DNA from: a virus
Lineage: Duplodnaviria; Caudoviricetes
Virus record (IMG/VR): IMGVR_UViG_3300030085_002029
Coordinates: 588 to 64,587 of that record
Length of the DNA stretch: 64,000 bases
Reading direction: 5' to 3' (one strand)
The stretch's first letter is position 1, and every line of letters starts with the position of its first letter. Shown here in pieces: positions 12,201 through 20,822 of this stretch. A program made the translations under genes and the position numbers. The notes beneath the pieces are model-generated. The model ran no database searches. It saw only the letters and a program-made list of their open reading frames with translations, and was not told the DNA's origin.

Positions 12201-13518
12201 TAGTAACTCTATTGTAACCATTATTAAGAAACTCTATATGTGGCGGTAAAATTTCTTTTAAAGCTGCTATACCTTGAGTAGGCTTTTGTCCAGATATAAT
12301 AGGTTCGTATAAACTAACAAAACCTTCTTCATCTCTAGATGAAAAATATCTTCTTCTATTATCTATATTACTGTAATCAGCTAATCTTTCATTTTTTCGC
12401 TTTATCGCATCTTTAACATCCTGTTTACTAGTTTCAACAACGAATTCATCGAGAAAAACCATGGTTTCGTCATCTTTGTTTACGTACTTTTTATCAGACC
12501 TAAGCCAATAACCTGCTCCTTGTGCTGTGCCATCTGTGTTCCATTTTTCTATATACTCTTCAACGCTGTTGAATTTAGGTAAAGAGTATATACTATTTAG
12601 GTATTCCTTTCTTAATGCTCTTTCAGACTGTTCATTTACATTATCTCCACCATGAAGTTTAGCGTATGTATCAGGATTTTTAAATTCTTTATATGTATAC
12701 CTAGGTCCATCTACGTATATATCTCTTATATCATTATAATTATATACACCTTTTAGTTTACCATTTTTATCATAGTGATAATACAATGTGTTTTCTAAAT
12801 TTAAGGCATGTGCTTCTGACTCAGCTTTCTTTTTTAAAAACAGTTCTTGATGAATTTTATTTTCTACAGTAATCAGCTTGTTATACTCTGTAACTAAAAA
12901 ATCAATATCTTCTTGGGTTTTTAATAATTCCTCTTTCTTTTCAACATGTCTGGCCATTATTTCGTTATAAACATCCAAACTTAACTGATCGCCTAACCAT
13001 TGAGTTTCGCCCTTATCATTGGTTCCTATAAAATTATCTATACCCTCTGGAAACTCTACATTTAATTCTGATTCAAGGTCAGCTGCCGCTTTGTCTGTTA
13101 GAGATTGTAAGTAGTCATTTATAGGATTTGTTTTATCAGTCTTTTTTATTTTTCTTAAGTTGATATTATATTTATCTTCAAAAGCTTTAAGTATTTCTTT
13201 ACTCGTTGTATATGTAGTTGGATCACCGGGCTCTTGATCATTTGCACCATCTAATGGATCAATCTCTATGTTTTCTACATCTGGATCTTCTTCTATTTTG
13301 TTTTTTGCTTCTTCTTCTTTTATTTTAGCTTGAGCTGCGGCTTCTTCTTCTTGTTTCTTTTTAAGTTGCTCTGCTTTTTTCTTTTCTATTAACTCGGCTT
13401 CTTCTCTTTTCTTTTTTTCTTCTTCTGTCTCTATTAAAGTAAAATCATTAGGAACCTCAACTTTGTCTTCTATTAAAGTAAAGTCGGTTGGTATTTGTAA
13501 CTCTTCGTATCCAGCCAT
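3220..13518 (-). CDS. Giant multidomain internal virion (ejection) protein
   Basis: 3432 aa, last gene of the tail operon; HETSH (HExxH), EHVIP, and HAD-type VFDFDDTL...VLTAR...FADD motifs. Confidence 0.7.
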   Translation of the reverse strand: MAGYEELQIPTDFTLIEDKVEVPNDFTLIETEEEKKKREEAELIEKKKAEQLKKKQEEEAAAQAKIKEEEAKNKIEEDPDVENIEIDPLDGANDQEPGDPTTYTTSKEILKAFEDKYNINLRKIKKTDKTNPINDYLQSLTDKAAADLESELNVEFPEGIDNFIGTNDKGETQWLGDQLSLDVYNEIMARHVEKKEELLKTQEDIDFLVTEYNKLITVENKIHQELFLKKKAESEAHALNLENTLYYHYDKNGKLKGVYNYNDIRDIYVDGPRYTYKEFKNPDTYAKLHGGDNVNEQSERALRKEYLNSIYSLPKFNSVEEYIEKWNTDGTAQGAGYWLRSDKKYVNKDDETMVFLDEFVVETSKQDVKDAIKRKNERLADYSNIDNRRRYFSSRDEEGFVSLYEPIISGQKPTQGIAALKEILPPHIEFLNNGYNRVTMTNTRLDRSDPNRQITISFGYKMPKLFGWGEWTDKEIAKQEGDLANWLSLNTNAEDITYMLQKDEEINDYIRKLNEKDSNEGGLNVEWKREGMINAYMNPSFENTKYVANTVGQLFAADGNTLGEVQATPVSVNMFHFSPVQDADRVYEDRGIPTEGDYQDFVSYKNRNVVNGVVYKDNVNDKNAEALNAAFNAFLESNSIGGVGGNVNTSSLPIYRQNAKVTDFGDDIEGGGKYLTRGKGYSIVAAEVNDELAGLENYERIKAYSLKNEEALFSYTAKDGTKKIFDTEEWSKNNNGKNFTQHIATLAVTDFLVPEQMFDARKEAVENFIEIDRWETEERQVQGKLMLGQLKISQQQKNKLAALNIENKKITQEYKDQNLYSVETLQAIMNDPSYDIDVDLFGADGEIVEITTNYKGADGEFVKKLIPKRIADQAQIQMNQAIWLSQRAKSNIIEFDSLLEEMPSDNERWEAYKLNYSDFDMNVENFLLGGADFIGNILYGGYKYLTPYGWANSALKAGGIIKEDPITEVMLGWKTYKENHMNTYNLPNFETINSFGDFSSWFFNMAGTQAWQFTTMAISGGSAYIPLTLLGLSATGDRDLNYRSQIAKGNLTMNEGGIMWRSLLSGISEGTLGSLGQFRIIQKGFGLAKGAGKFADDVWVTSRRQYFRQQASPLIKDLALDVGGENINQIFNNIMDGNPYTEGLGEVTATSLLMSGPIAVASPVYYGLATKDFIAADIRNTIDEQTYELKQLKDKSGYLTRQMQGMLTSNLGKPFNPTVSLKVQNINQQIALNNEAIASLEIDLAESWNNFDYQFKNVGLNSTVNSVGVNNYTAMMKKMSLIKAEALTLVNDKNIAPSLKESKLKLLNDMYSGLNQSKNKYLSTKYWSNPYYSLQGSGFFNKKNKAKLEELDRKAEEAILQDKGLKHNPTAQEIQDKAVEIYNTELALEQANIDKRANPNLMIVESFEDVETIINNSDLNETDKKATINGIKNKTKNGFTIVNPEGNNVEVAYIPNMAHNSMFNTGGHETSHTPSAKLMMENPEKFTGFGEQLLAYMEDLDPRVWEVIQAENSNLKNEDGSWDYTEVIASFIEATGGPNPKIKADDLTKGNFPAIFATLLNKGLHEASDGDYTIPFRGQNDVVQYFIGMAAALNKGEINIGTYTERLTELVESQTPVVDINQQAETADQPVAAAASDIKSSDVTLLEAINNLLPKDINTKAKYDEFIRDERKAKAVIDSLNKPGGAINNYIRSKQVSPEEGDQMIENTLFRLFNFNPEETRADGSVVGPEGFGERIFADTRFASMDARKKLAIEAEKKKQESRIDDEEAKQIAADDSPKSKPEDKKSRVTPKSKIPKAFPEVINQELKDDFMAAALEIYESELPPISEKEFKAVVTDIFRGKMTDKVKKALGNNKMYEFTVKKMAPVMKDLLPPQWFVRLESQVKPEDRIFTKPPRRLTKQADIDKALDNDKVYVENTKQGVNLYEFKDFKPQELIDFLLPPLKITSKKTGKEVRSGLRGNRKTAFAEGITDQLGKDVSPSAARKAGKSPNQIAEIAKKMQVEPTIKFSAAGVNEKMKKIGSYDFRGYNSKGELNAKDRDAFMVSMLDSYDLGSETLTSGSFANMSSGLSKGQNLNAVDRAKLKLLLLFANKTKSGWNLNEITIPDVGNIDLSNSSLSELESLYKKYKSKADPLKVKKSENLQKVFASVSTAWKEISTSPNTFYNDPKYIENRQANYLGFGEMIKSFDDTYKKSKNKVGVLQMIGGIFRTASANSSHVVRMAAYPSGLTLTYNDGSGITREHVIPQADIADFIFDLIADPSLDTDLGIKLINKNFLQLFISHNQDGLLKKAGFQSKMPDGYWKSWYDALRSGDLSTAWDFETRYFHPDVNKQKNPDGTLGFDPFGTMLLGESIAAKYKLENIVPKNQRSNPNVRALTQQLIYDLASKKIDTKTAQKELFQYLKDNGNGSLATNQNKATKVTAAEIVSSEVTNANDNNDINSLINDARTLDTALNKANSLDQPIKKIRVFDFDDTLATSNNIVIATKDGKTKRLNAEEFAKQGLELREDGWDMDFSDFNNVTDGGRGPLFDVAQTIKKARGNEDLFVLTARAPQAQDAIYEFLKAEGLEFKKENIIGLGNSTGEAKAEWLVGKAAEGYNDFYFADDAYQNVAAVKLAMSQLDVKSKVQQAKIKSSEVLSEDFNKLLEESTGVEFYKEYSPVKAKTVGANKGKFKFFIPYSAEDFLGLIYPTLAKGTTGDKQMAWYKKHLLDPYTKAQENLSAARLNLMNDFKTLKKSLDVPKDLRKKNQTGLTNEQAVRVYLFDQMGYDVPGLSKRDLQELTDIVNSDGKLKVFADQILTITKGDGYIKPKADWQVGTITTDLVDLINTEKRAKYLAEWQQNADAIYTEKNLNKLEALYGSKYVEALRGILSRMKSGRNRLETGNRLSNKMLDYINGSIGTIMFFNTRSAVLQTISSINFLNWSFNNPYQAGKAFANQKQYWTDFVKLMNSDYLKDRRNGLKLNIQESEIADAAATAKNKSKAVLNYILQKGYLPTQYADSFAIAAGGATFYRNKINDLIKNEGMSQADAEAQALVEWRQIAEESQQSSDPSRISAQQSGDFGRLILAFGNTPMQYARIQKRAIQDLINGRGDAKTNVSKIIYYGVIQNIMFNALQQALFAIGFGDEDEDKINERVYDMLNGSLDSTLRGLGIGGVAVSTAKNFLLNVYERSGRKRPEYVDSVWELLRFSPPIYSKISKLKQAAWQFDSKKRRQKIFDKGFSLDNPAYEAFAKIVSATANVPIDRLFYKFKNIEGALNSDNEMWQRIAMAAGWPKWQLEKPKTEKQEEEERQAKLSPEEKIKEQEIKKEQKAVSKADKARERVKAAKGSTDYDTLKKLTSAEQIKMLKGLGYGEYTIKNAKTEDDKIKLIIHKNSGGKIKVDKIAAATYKYKKLNKAEQIAKLDSLGLSKAQIKALKYEEDRVKKIIELMKEQ

Positions 13519-13527
13519 TATATTTTA

Positions 13528-14961
13528 TTAAGGGTTTTTCTTAAATTTTCTACCATCAGACAACACTATAATTTGTCCTGGTTTAGCACTTTTAATCAAC
13601 TCTAAATCTTCGTCAAAGTTATTAGACGTTATAATTCTTTCGCTTAATCTAGACGCGCCTCTGTCATCTTCTAACACTGTATTACCTTGATCGTCGTAAC
13701 CAGGTTTAGGTGATCCGTCCTCGTTGAATTTTTCCATTTGACTTACTCTTACTAAATCTATAGCATTTTCTTCTATTGTTCTTTCTACTAAATAGTCAAC
13801 CATAGGTTTATAAAAGGTCGTGTAATATTCACCATAAGCAGCTGATCCTCTTGGAGGTGGTGTTAAAGGGTATTCTTTATCTCCTGTGGTGCTAGTAGGC
13901 ATCATGTCTTCCCATATACTTTCACCATCTTGAAATATAAGTTGTTCATACATACCTCCAGTAAGAACAGTTTCACCGTCAACAACGTAATCCTTACCTC
14001 CAATCTTTACAGGTATACCACTTAAAGCAGATTTTAATTCTAGTTCTTTTTCAGCTGTTAAAGTTCTAGTTGCTGTAGCAAGATCTATACCTTTTTCCTC
14101 TAGTTCTTTTTTTGTTTCTTCTTCTATAATAGTAAACACATCATTATAAGCTGTACCTCTTTTGTTTTTCATAAAAGAATCATAAGCGTTTGTAAGATCA
14201 GGTGATATGTCTTGAACGAGTTTTATGTATGGATTATCTTTGTTTGTTAAAGCTTTACCAAACTCAGCCATATTTAATACTGGGTGTGCCCCATATTTTT
14301 TATACATTTCAGTACCTGGTTTATATGTAATGCTGTGATCTTCTAAGATAATATTAGTACCATCATGAGTTATTAATATATCATCTGCTAATGAACCACC
14401 TCTTCTAACTTTATCTATTATATTTAACTGAGGAGCCCAAGCGCCTGTTACACTTAGTGTGTTAGCTGCACCTGCTCCCTTCTGCCTGTACACCTTCATA
14501 GCATCGTCAATTATCTTTGATGTAGCCATGATGTTTGCTATACCATCTTCATATTGATCTACCATTTGTTCTATTCTAGCTAAGTCTCTTCTAGCAAGTT
14601 CAGGGTTTGTGTGCTCTCCTTTGTCTAAAGCAGATTGTATTTCATTAAAATTACTTATTAGCTCTGAGAAAAAGTACTGGCTTTTATCGTTGAAGTCATC
14701 ATATGGAGTTCCAAATTGAGCTACTTGGTTATTCAATTTATTACTTCTTTCAATCGAAGCAACTGAAAAAGCATCTAATCCTAGTTTTCTTTGAAGTAAA
14801 CTACCAACAACCTGTTCTCCAGCTGAAAAAAGTGTTTGTAGGTTTCTAGCAGTATTAGCTCTTCTCTGTTGTTCTTTTTGACTATCTCTTTCTTGTTGCT
14901 GTGCTTGAACATTAGAAGGTCTATATACCTGAAATTGTGTGTTTGGTTTTTCGTAACTCAT
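13528..14961 (-). CDS. Putative internal virion/ejection protein
   Basis: 477 aa helical protein between tail genes and the giant protein; position-based call. Confidence 0.5.
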   Translation of the reverse strand: MSYEKPNTQFQVYRPSNVQAQQQERDSQKEQQRRANTARNLQTLFSAGEQVVGSLLQRKLGLDAFSVASIERSNKLNNQVAQFGTPYDDFNDKSQYFFSELISNFNEIQSALDKGEHTNPELARRDLARIEQMVDQYEDGIANIMATSKIIDDAMKVYRQKGAGAANTLSVTGAWAPQLNIIDKVRRGGSLADDILITHDGTNIILEDHSITYKPGTEMYKKYGAHPVLNMAEFGKALTNKDNPYIKLVQDISPDLTNAYDSFMKNKRGTAYNDVFTIIEEETKKELEEKGIDLATATRTLTAEKELELKSALSGIPVKIGGKDYVVDGETVLTGGMYEQLIFQDGESIWEDMMPTSTTGDKEYPLTPPPRGSAAYGEYYTTFYKPMVDYLVERTIEENAIDLVRVSQMEKFNEDGSPKPGYDDQGNTVLEDDRGASRLSERIITSNNFDEDLELIKSAKPGQIIVLSDGRKFKKNP

Positions 14962-14970
14962 CTCGTAAAT

Positions 14971-15546
14971 TTAATCATCTCCGCCTGTATAGGCGTTATC
15001 CATTTGCATTTGCATCAAAAGTGATGTAGCAGCTGTTTCGTTTGCTCTAGCAGCATCTAATTGATTAGAAGTTCTATTTATGTCAGCCATTTGTCTTGAT
15101 TCAGTTATACTAAACTTAAATTTTTCTCCTTCAGCTTTTATTCTTTGTACAGCGTCTGCACCTTGCGCAGCAGCTCTAGCGTTAGAAACTTCTTGCTTTT
15201 CTATATTTGCTGCAATACCTTTCTTACTTCTTAATGCAGCTTGTGCCAACGCTGTAGCACCACCAGCACTTTGACCTGTCGCGGCCATAGTATCCAGCGT
15301 GTTAGCTAAAGCTATGTCAGCTTCCTCTGCTTGCATCTCAGAAGCTTTTGTAGCAACTGGCAAATTATTAAATTGATTAGTTATGTTTTCATAAGGATTA
15401 ATAGCAGCCTGTCTGTTTTTAACTAAATAATTTAACTGTTGTTCTTTTATATTAGCGCGTTGTGAGAACTTGGTTTGAGCATCTCTAACAAGATCCATTT
15501 TACCCTCCATCTGTTCGTTATATGCGTCTTCTGATTTGCCTCCCAT
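14971..15546 (-). CDS. Putative small ejection protein
   Basis: 191 aa, Ala/Gln-rich, GQSAGGATALAQAA segment; position-based call. Confidence 0.55.
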   Translation of the reverse strand: MGGKSEDAYNEQMEGKMDLVRDAQTKFSQRANIKEQQLNYLVKNRQAAINPYENITNQFNNLPVATKASEMQAEEADIALANTLDTMAATGQSAGGATALAQAALRSKKGIAANIEKQEVSNARAAAQGADAVQRIKAEGEKFKFSITESRQMADINRTSNQLDAARANETAATSLLMQMQMDNAYTGGDD

Positions 15547-15547
15547 G

Positions 15548-15943
15548 TTATATACTTTTTATTAATTGATCGTAATCAGTATCACCAACTTTAAAGCCGA
15601 TGTCTACTAAAGTGTTATTAAACTTTTTATTATTTCCCCAAAAAAATAGAAACTTACCACCATCTTTTTTCCACTCTTCTTCGCACGTTTTTATTAACTC
15701 TTGTAATACTTTATTTCTATTTTCTTCTCTATAGTTTTTATCCGATACAACCCATTGTATAGCGGCTGTACTTGAATTAGTTTTAAACATAAATATAGCA
15801 GAAATAGGTTTGTTTTCAATTTCTGCAATAAAACCTGTTTCAGGTAATATCTCACGAGGCACGGTTTTACCTTGCCAATCAATCCACCATTTATCTATGT
15901 TTATAAAATCTTTTTCATTTACTTTTCTTATATTTAATTTCAT
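15548..15943 (-). CDS. GNAT-fold-like protein in the tail/ejection operon
   Basis: 131 aa; NIRKV start, WVVSD..YR, LxDIGFK pattern of GNAT folds; a common position in podoviruses. Confidence 0.5.
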   Translation of the reverse strand: MKLNIRKVNEKDFINIDKWWIDWQGKTVPREILPETGFIAEIENKPISAIFMFKTNSSTAAIQWVVSDKNYREENRNKVLQELIKTCEEEWKKDGGKFLFFWGNNKKFNNTLVDIGFKVGDTDYDQLIKSI

Positions 15944-15952
15944 TATATTTAA

Positions 15953-17653
15953 TTATTGAAATCCATTGGACTGAACAAATTCAGTTCCTGTTGACCAAAG
16001 TTCTTTTGGGCCACCTGGATCAGTTGTGGCATCTGTTTTTATTTTAACTGTAGCAAAGTATCCTTTTATACCTGTCATGTCTGCACCAAACCTAATTTCA
16101 CCAGGCCTAGGCGTGGAATTAGAAACTAAATTAGCTACATATTTATTTTCTTTTCTGTTAAAACCTGCTCTTGTAGGTTGTCCTGTTACTGGATCAGAAT
16201 ATAAACCTTCATAATAACTTTTTATAGATTTAATACTGTCTTTAAATTCAACCCAATTTGGATCTATAGAGTCAAATCCTTCATTTCCAGATTTAAAAGC
16301 TTCAACTTCCCAACCACTGCTACCTTCATAACTTATAGTTTTAAAATTTTTAACTGTAGAAGGAGCTTGGTTGAAAACAAAAGTTATATCTGAACCATAA
16401 TCTACACTATAAAATCTTGATCTAAACGTTGAAGCAGGCACAGTATCATAATGCTGTTGCCATAGTTCAGTTTTAATAGTCGTGTAATATTTGTTAAGTA
16501 AACTAAACATAAAGTTAGGTTTATATGTCATAAAAGACACCCAACCGTTTATTTGCTCTTCAAAAACTACAGTATCATATTGATCTTCTATAGGTATGTT
16601 TATGTAATTTTCAACTTTATTAGGGTATTTCTGCAGTGATACAACGTAATTTTTATTATGTATATCCCATCCACCTATTATCTCTGACTTGTAACTTATT
16701 CTAATATTAACCACTGAACCAGACGCAAGTGTAACATCTATAGGTTTACTTAACCAAATGTCATAATTGTTTGCACTTGTTTCATTTATGTAAGTAATAG
16801 TAACGTTTTCAGCTGTAGAGGTTGGCGGCGCAAACAACATGCCAACCTGTGGTAATCCGTCGCCTTCTATTTCTATAGAAACAATCATATCACCCGTATT
16901 CATGTTGCTGGTTAAATCAGCTTGTAATGTAGCAACACTATCTAGATTCATTTCAGATAAATTATCTCTAAACCAATCCATCATTCCATACATGCTAATT
17001 TCAGTAAGACCATCATTAGAGAGTCTCATTATAGCGTTGCGGTTTCTATCAGCAAAGTATTTCCTATAGTTATATATTGCAAAAGATTCTGGATTTTTAC
17101 TTATTCCGTATTCACCTTTATACGGTACAAATTGTCCTATAACAGCAGCGCCAGCTTGTGTTTGTGTACCACTTTCTGTAGTGTATATAGTATCTTTATC
17201 TATTAAAGCTCTATGTATTCTATTTTCTTGAAACACAATTAAGTTAGTGTCTTCAGCATATGTGAATTGTATTGACCCATTTACCGGATCTAAAGACTTG
17301 GTTATGTCCGTACCTACTGAAAAAACATTAGTATCATTTACTCCTGTTCTAGAGTTATATATACCAGAATATATTAAGGTGGCTTTTCTATCTTGCTGGA
17401 GTGGAAATGGATCATCTAAATATGCTCTTACTCCTTGATCTGTACTAACATTATTAAAGCCTCCTCTTATTCTAGATTCTTCTATATACCAATTATCTGT
17501 AATTTGTGCTTCTTGACTAAATGTGTATGCGCCTCTTCTAGTAGCACCAGGCCACCACGTGCCATTTTGACTAAAAAAAACATCTGATCTTTGTGATCTT
17601 ACTTTTCTTACAACATACGAATTAAAAAAATCTACTTCTATAGCTAAACTCAT
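15953..17653 (-). CDS. Tail nozzle/stabilisation protein, C-terminal part
   Basis: 566 aa; GEYGISKNPESFA, GWVSF, KNFKTISYEG, FNRKENKY motifs resembling crAss-like tail stabilisation proteins. Confidence 0.65.
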   Translation of the reverse strand: MSLAIEVDFFNSYVVRKVRSQRSDVFFSQNGTWWPGATRRGAYTFSQEAQITDNWYIEESRIRGGFNNVSTDQGVRAYLDDPFPLQQDRKATLIYSGIYNSRTGVNDTNVFSVGTDITKSLDPVNGSIQFTYAEDTNLIVFQENRIHRALIDKDTIYTTESGTQTQAGAAVIGQFVPYKGEYGISKNPESFAIYNYRKYFADRNRNAIMRLSNDGLTEISMYGMMDWFRDNLSEMNLDSVATLQADLTSNMNTGDMIVSIEIEGDGLPQVGMLFAPPTSTAENVTITYINETSANNYDIWLSKPIDVTLASGSVVNIRISYKSEIIGGWDIHNKNYVVSLQKYPNKVENYINIPIEDQYDTVVFEEQINGWVSFMTYKPNFMFSLLNKYYTTIKTELWQQHYDTVPASTFRSRFYSVDYGSDITFVFNQAPSTVKNFKTISYEGSSGWEVEAFKSGNEGFDSIDPNWVEFKDSIKSIKSYYEGLYSDPVTGQPTRAGFNRKENKYVANLVSNSTPRPGEIRFGADMTGIKGYFATVKIKTDATTDPGGPKELWSTGTEFVQSNGFQ

Positions 17654-17658
17654 AATAT

Positions 17659-20600
17659 TTATTTTTCAATTATTGGTGGTAAAAAAGGATCTGGATCTTG
17701 AGGTATTGGATCAGAACTTGGGCCGTCGCTTACTAAATTGTTTAATTCTGTTACAAGACCAGATGTTGACGTTTCCCAATATATATCTATTTTACTTGGT
17801 TCTGCTTTTACTTCCATCGCAGCAAATAAAGTTCTTTCGCCAGTATCTACTGGTTCTAGACCTATCGACTCTCCATTAGGCATACCTAAAACAATCATTG
17901 TCGGGTTGTTTGAAGCTGACCAAATACCTTGAGAGCTAGGATATCCATTAGTTTCTGTTTCATCTACGTCTTGTAATCCCAAATCTAACATTTTACCATA
18001 AGCTGCTATAGATGCTGTTTTTGTTCCATAATAAAACTGGCTTGCATATTTTTTCTTAATAGGACCTAAAGTAGTTCCTATGCGAGGATATAACAAAGTG
18101 TCACTTGTACCAAATTGTACTTGTTCAGGAGCTACCTTTTGTAAGTCTGCAGGTACTTTATTTACATTGTCAGATATTAAACTAGTACAGTAGCTATCAA
18201 AAGCAAATGGGTTAAACCCTGCAGTAGCGTTTTTCTTAACTTGCGAGTTGTTGTTTATTGTTGTTACAGATCCTAAGTATAAATTATAATACTCATTTAT
18301 TAATTGTTTAACTACTATTTTATAACTATACCAACCTAGTTTATTTCCTGGACTATGAAATGTAACTAAAGACCCGTCTTTTAAATTTTCATCACTAGTT
18401 GATTGATATATAATAGCACCGTCTGGATACGTAGCGTCTCCTTCAGCAATGACAGATTGTACAACACCCATTACCTCATCATCGTTTTCGTCAATACCAA
18501 AAAATATATCTCCTATTTCTATGCCAGAATATTTGTCGGCGTTCCCTGTGCCAACTGGTTCAAACGCTTGAGTAGTACCAGTTGATAAATCACTATTAAC
18601 TTCTCTGGTGTAAGTTTGAGGAGAAAATATACCTGGATAACCTTCAGCGTCAGTTCTTTCGCTTGGAATAGTGTTTGTAAATAACACCTTGATAGAGTCA
18701 CCTCTCCAATTAGCCGGTATCAAATCGCTAGGAGAATCAGGATAAGGGTGGTAAACTGTAGATCCATCATACTCTTCTACTTCTCCATCTTGTCCTTGTT
18801 TAAAGTTAGTTATAGAAGATAAAATTACATCACTTTGTCTTCCATATCTATCTGACAATACTATTCCTACTTGATAGTTTCTGTTTTGTTTCACGGTGTG
18901 ATATGGGTAACTTGTAGCAGGTATAGTAGAAGATTGATTTACCGCTGTATAGTTTTCAGCAATTTTACTATAATCACCTGGCGTATACTTTTCGCTTATT
19001 GTTACATTATATTCTAGTTCTGAAGGTGGTGTATGTTGATTTAATATATTGCCATATATAACTCTATTACCAGTTACAGATTGAGTTTTAGCTCTTACAG
19101 GTACTTTATCAAACACACGTATTGTTTCTGCTTCAGGCAAAACTCTAAATGGTTTTTTAGACTGATAGTCATACACATATGTTTTAGTGCTATTAGATGT
19201 AAAAGATTCGTCATCTATAGGTATTGTTTCCAAAACTGATATAGCTAAACTATCTGATTCTCTATATAGTATATCAACTTCTTTAACTTTTAATTTATCA
19301 GCAAGTTCATTACATGCATACTCAAAAGGTAGATGAACGTCAACGTTGTTTACAGAATTTTCAAAAGACTTAATAGTTGTAGTACTAGCTATAGATATGT
19401 CTTGTTTAGTAAACGAATCAGCGTCATTTGGAATAGGTTCTGTCACTACATAACCATTTTGCTTAGGGATAAAAGCGGGCTGTGTAAAGGGTGATATTAA
19501 AGAATACTCTCCATCATCGAACTTGAATCTATAAGCAAACCTAATAAATTTGTCTTCCATTTGGTTTCTATCGCCAGGCCAAGAACTGTTAAAATTAGGA
19601 TTAAACCAGCTAACCATTAAGAAATCGCCTTCTTCAACGTCATTACCGTCGGCGTTTAACGGTCTATCTAAAGTTACGTTATAGTCGACTATTGCTCCAT
19701 TTGCGTTTAATGTTTCTGTAACAGATGTTATTACAGGAGGATTTGATATTTTTTTAGAGTTAGTTAGCTGCATACCACCTAATACCTCATCAGCGCTAAA
19801 AGAACCAGAATCAAAAGAAAGTCCATCAGCCGCTATAGAGTCAGGCGATATATATTGATGTGGATACAAGTATCTATTAAACTGATCTTGACTAGAAGCT
19901 GCTACAAAAGTTATTTTATTTAAACTATAATCATCACCTGATCCATCATCGTACGGAACAAAAGGACTGTCAGCTACATTTGGCTGAACAGGGAGTTGTT
20001 CTATATTTATTTTTATATAATAACTTTCTCCACCAGGAAGAGTGGCAGGCGCGTACCTTTCTACAATAAAAGCCCTAAACTTAGGATAAGCGTAATATTC
20101 ATCTCCAGCGTTTACATAAGAAGTAACCTCCATACCCACTCTTAACTTGTCTATAGTAGCTTTATTTAAAACCTTGTAATAAGTAGAGATATTAATATCA
20201 CCGTCACCTGGCCAACCTGAATCCCACCACTCTAAATTTGTTCCATCAATTTCAACTTCGTTTATCAACAATGGAGCTTGCCATGGGTAATACTTAGCTA
20301 CAGAAATATGATCTTCGCTGTAATAATAACTTGGATCTTCAAGCGCTCTTTGCCAGTTTATGACTCTTGGTTGGTTTCTGTCATCAGTCCAAAACATTAA
20401 ATCTTCTATTAAATCTACGCATAATATTTTATGAGTCTTAGAAAAATTTAAAAATCTTCCACTAACAAGAGTTTTAGGTGGGTTGTTTGCTTCTTTATAT
20501 AATATATAACAAGTAGCTCCATACGGAGCGGCATTATCTAAATTATTATCTGACTCATCAGTGTAGTCTGTTGCAAAAACATAAACGCCGTTAGTATCAG

Positions 20601-20820
20601 TGTTTGTGGTGTAACCTATTATTTCTAAATTAGGATTTACTTTTCCAAAGTTAGTTAATAAGTAGTTGCCTAGAACATTTTCTAATGCTCCAACATCATC
20701 ACCCTCAGATCTACTTATATTTACGTTCGTTGCGTCTCTATATTCTCCTGGTTGTAAAAGTCTATCGTCTAAGTCTTTATTCATTTTAGACCTGACGAAA
20801 TTATTTTTCATTTGAGCCAT
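17659..20820 (-). CDS. Tail nozzle/stabilisation protein, N-terminal part
   Basis: 1053 aa; MNKDLDDRLL..GEYRDATN, FWTDDRNQPR, RFAYRFKFDDGEYS, YQVGIVLSDRYGRQS. Confidence 0.7.
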   Translation of the reverse strand: MAQMKNNFVRSKMNKDLDDRLLQPGEYRDATNVNISRSEGDDVGALENVLGNYLLTNFGKVNPNLEIIGYTTNTDTNGVYVFATDYTDESDNNLDNAAPYGATCYILYKEANNPPKTLVSGRFLNFSKTHKILCVDLIEDLMFWTDDRNQPRVINWQRALEDPSYYYSEDHISVAKYYPWQAPLLINEVEIDGTNLEWWDSGWPGDGDINISTYYKVLNKATIDKLRVGMEVTSYVNAGDEYYAYPKFRAFIVERYAPATLPGGESYYIKINIEQLPVQPNVADSPFVPYDDGSGDDYSLNKITFVAASSQDQFNRYLYPHQYISPDSIAADGLSFDSGSFSADEVLGGMQLTNSKKISNPPVITSVTETLNANGAIVDYNVTLDRPLNADGNDVEEGDFLMVSWFNPNFNSSWPGDRNQMEDKFIRFAYRFKFDDGEYSLISPFTQPAFIPKQNGYVVTEPIPNDADSFTKQDISIASTTTIKSFENSVNNVDVHLPFEYACNELADKLKVKEVDILYRESDSLAISVLETIPIDDESFTSNSTKTYVYDYQSKKPFRVLPEAETIRVFDKVPVRAKTQSVTGNRVIYGNILNQHTPPSELEYNVTISEKYTPGDYSKIAENYTAVNQSSTIPATSYPYHTVKQNRNYQVGIVLSDRYGRQSDVILSSITNFKQGQDGEVEEYDGSTVYHPYPDSPSDLIPANWRGDSIKVLFTNTIPSERTDAEGYPGIFSPQTYTREVNSDLSTGTTQAFEPVGTGNADKYSGIEIGDIFFGIDENDDEVMGVVQSVIAEGDATYPDGAIIYQSTSDENLKDGSLVTFHSPGNKLGWYSYKIVVKQLINEYYNLYLGSVTTINNNSQVKKNATAGFNPFAFDSYCTSLISDNVNKVPADLQKVAPEQVQFGTSDTLLYPRIGTTLGPIKKKYASQFYYGTKTASIAAYGKMLDLGLQDVDETETNGYPSSQGIWSASNNPTMIVLGMPNGESIGLEPVDTGERTLFAAMEVKAEPSKIDIYWETSTSGLVTELNNLVSDGPSSDPIPQDPDPFLPPIIEK

Positions 20821-20822
20821 AT

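Noticed and set aside
3220-13518. Virion RNA polymerase, as in crAss-like phages
   Set aside because: No convincing catalytic DxDxD in a double-psi-barrel context. FDFDDT fits a HAD motif I and YDIDVD lacks supporting context. An HMM or structure search is needed to exclude it fully.
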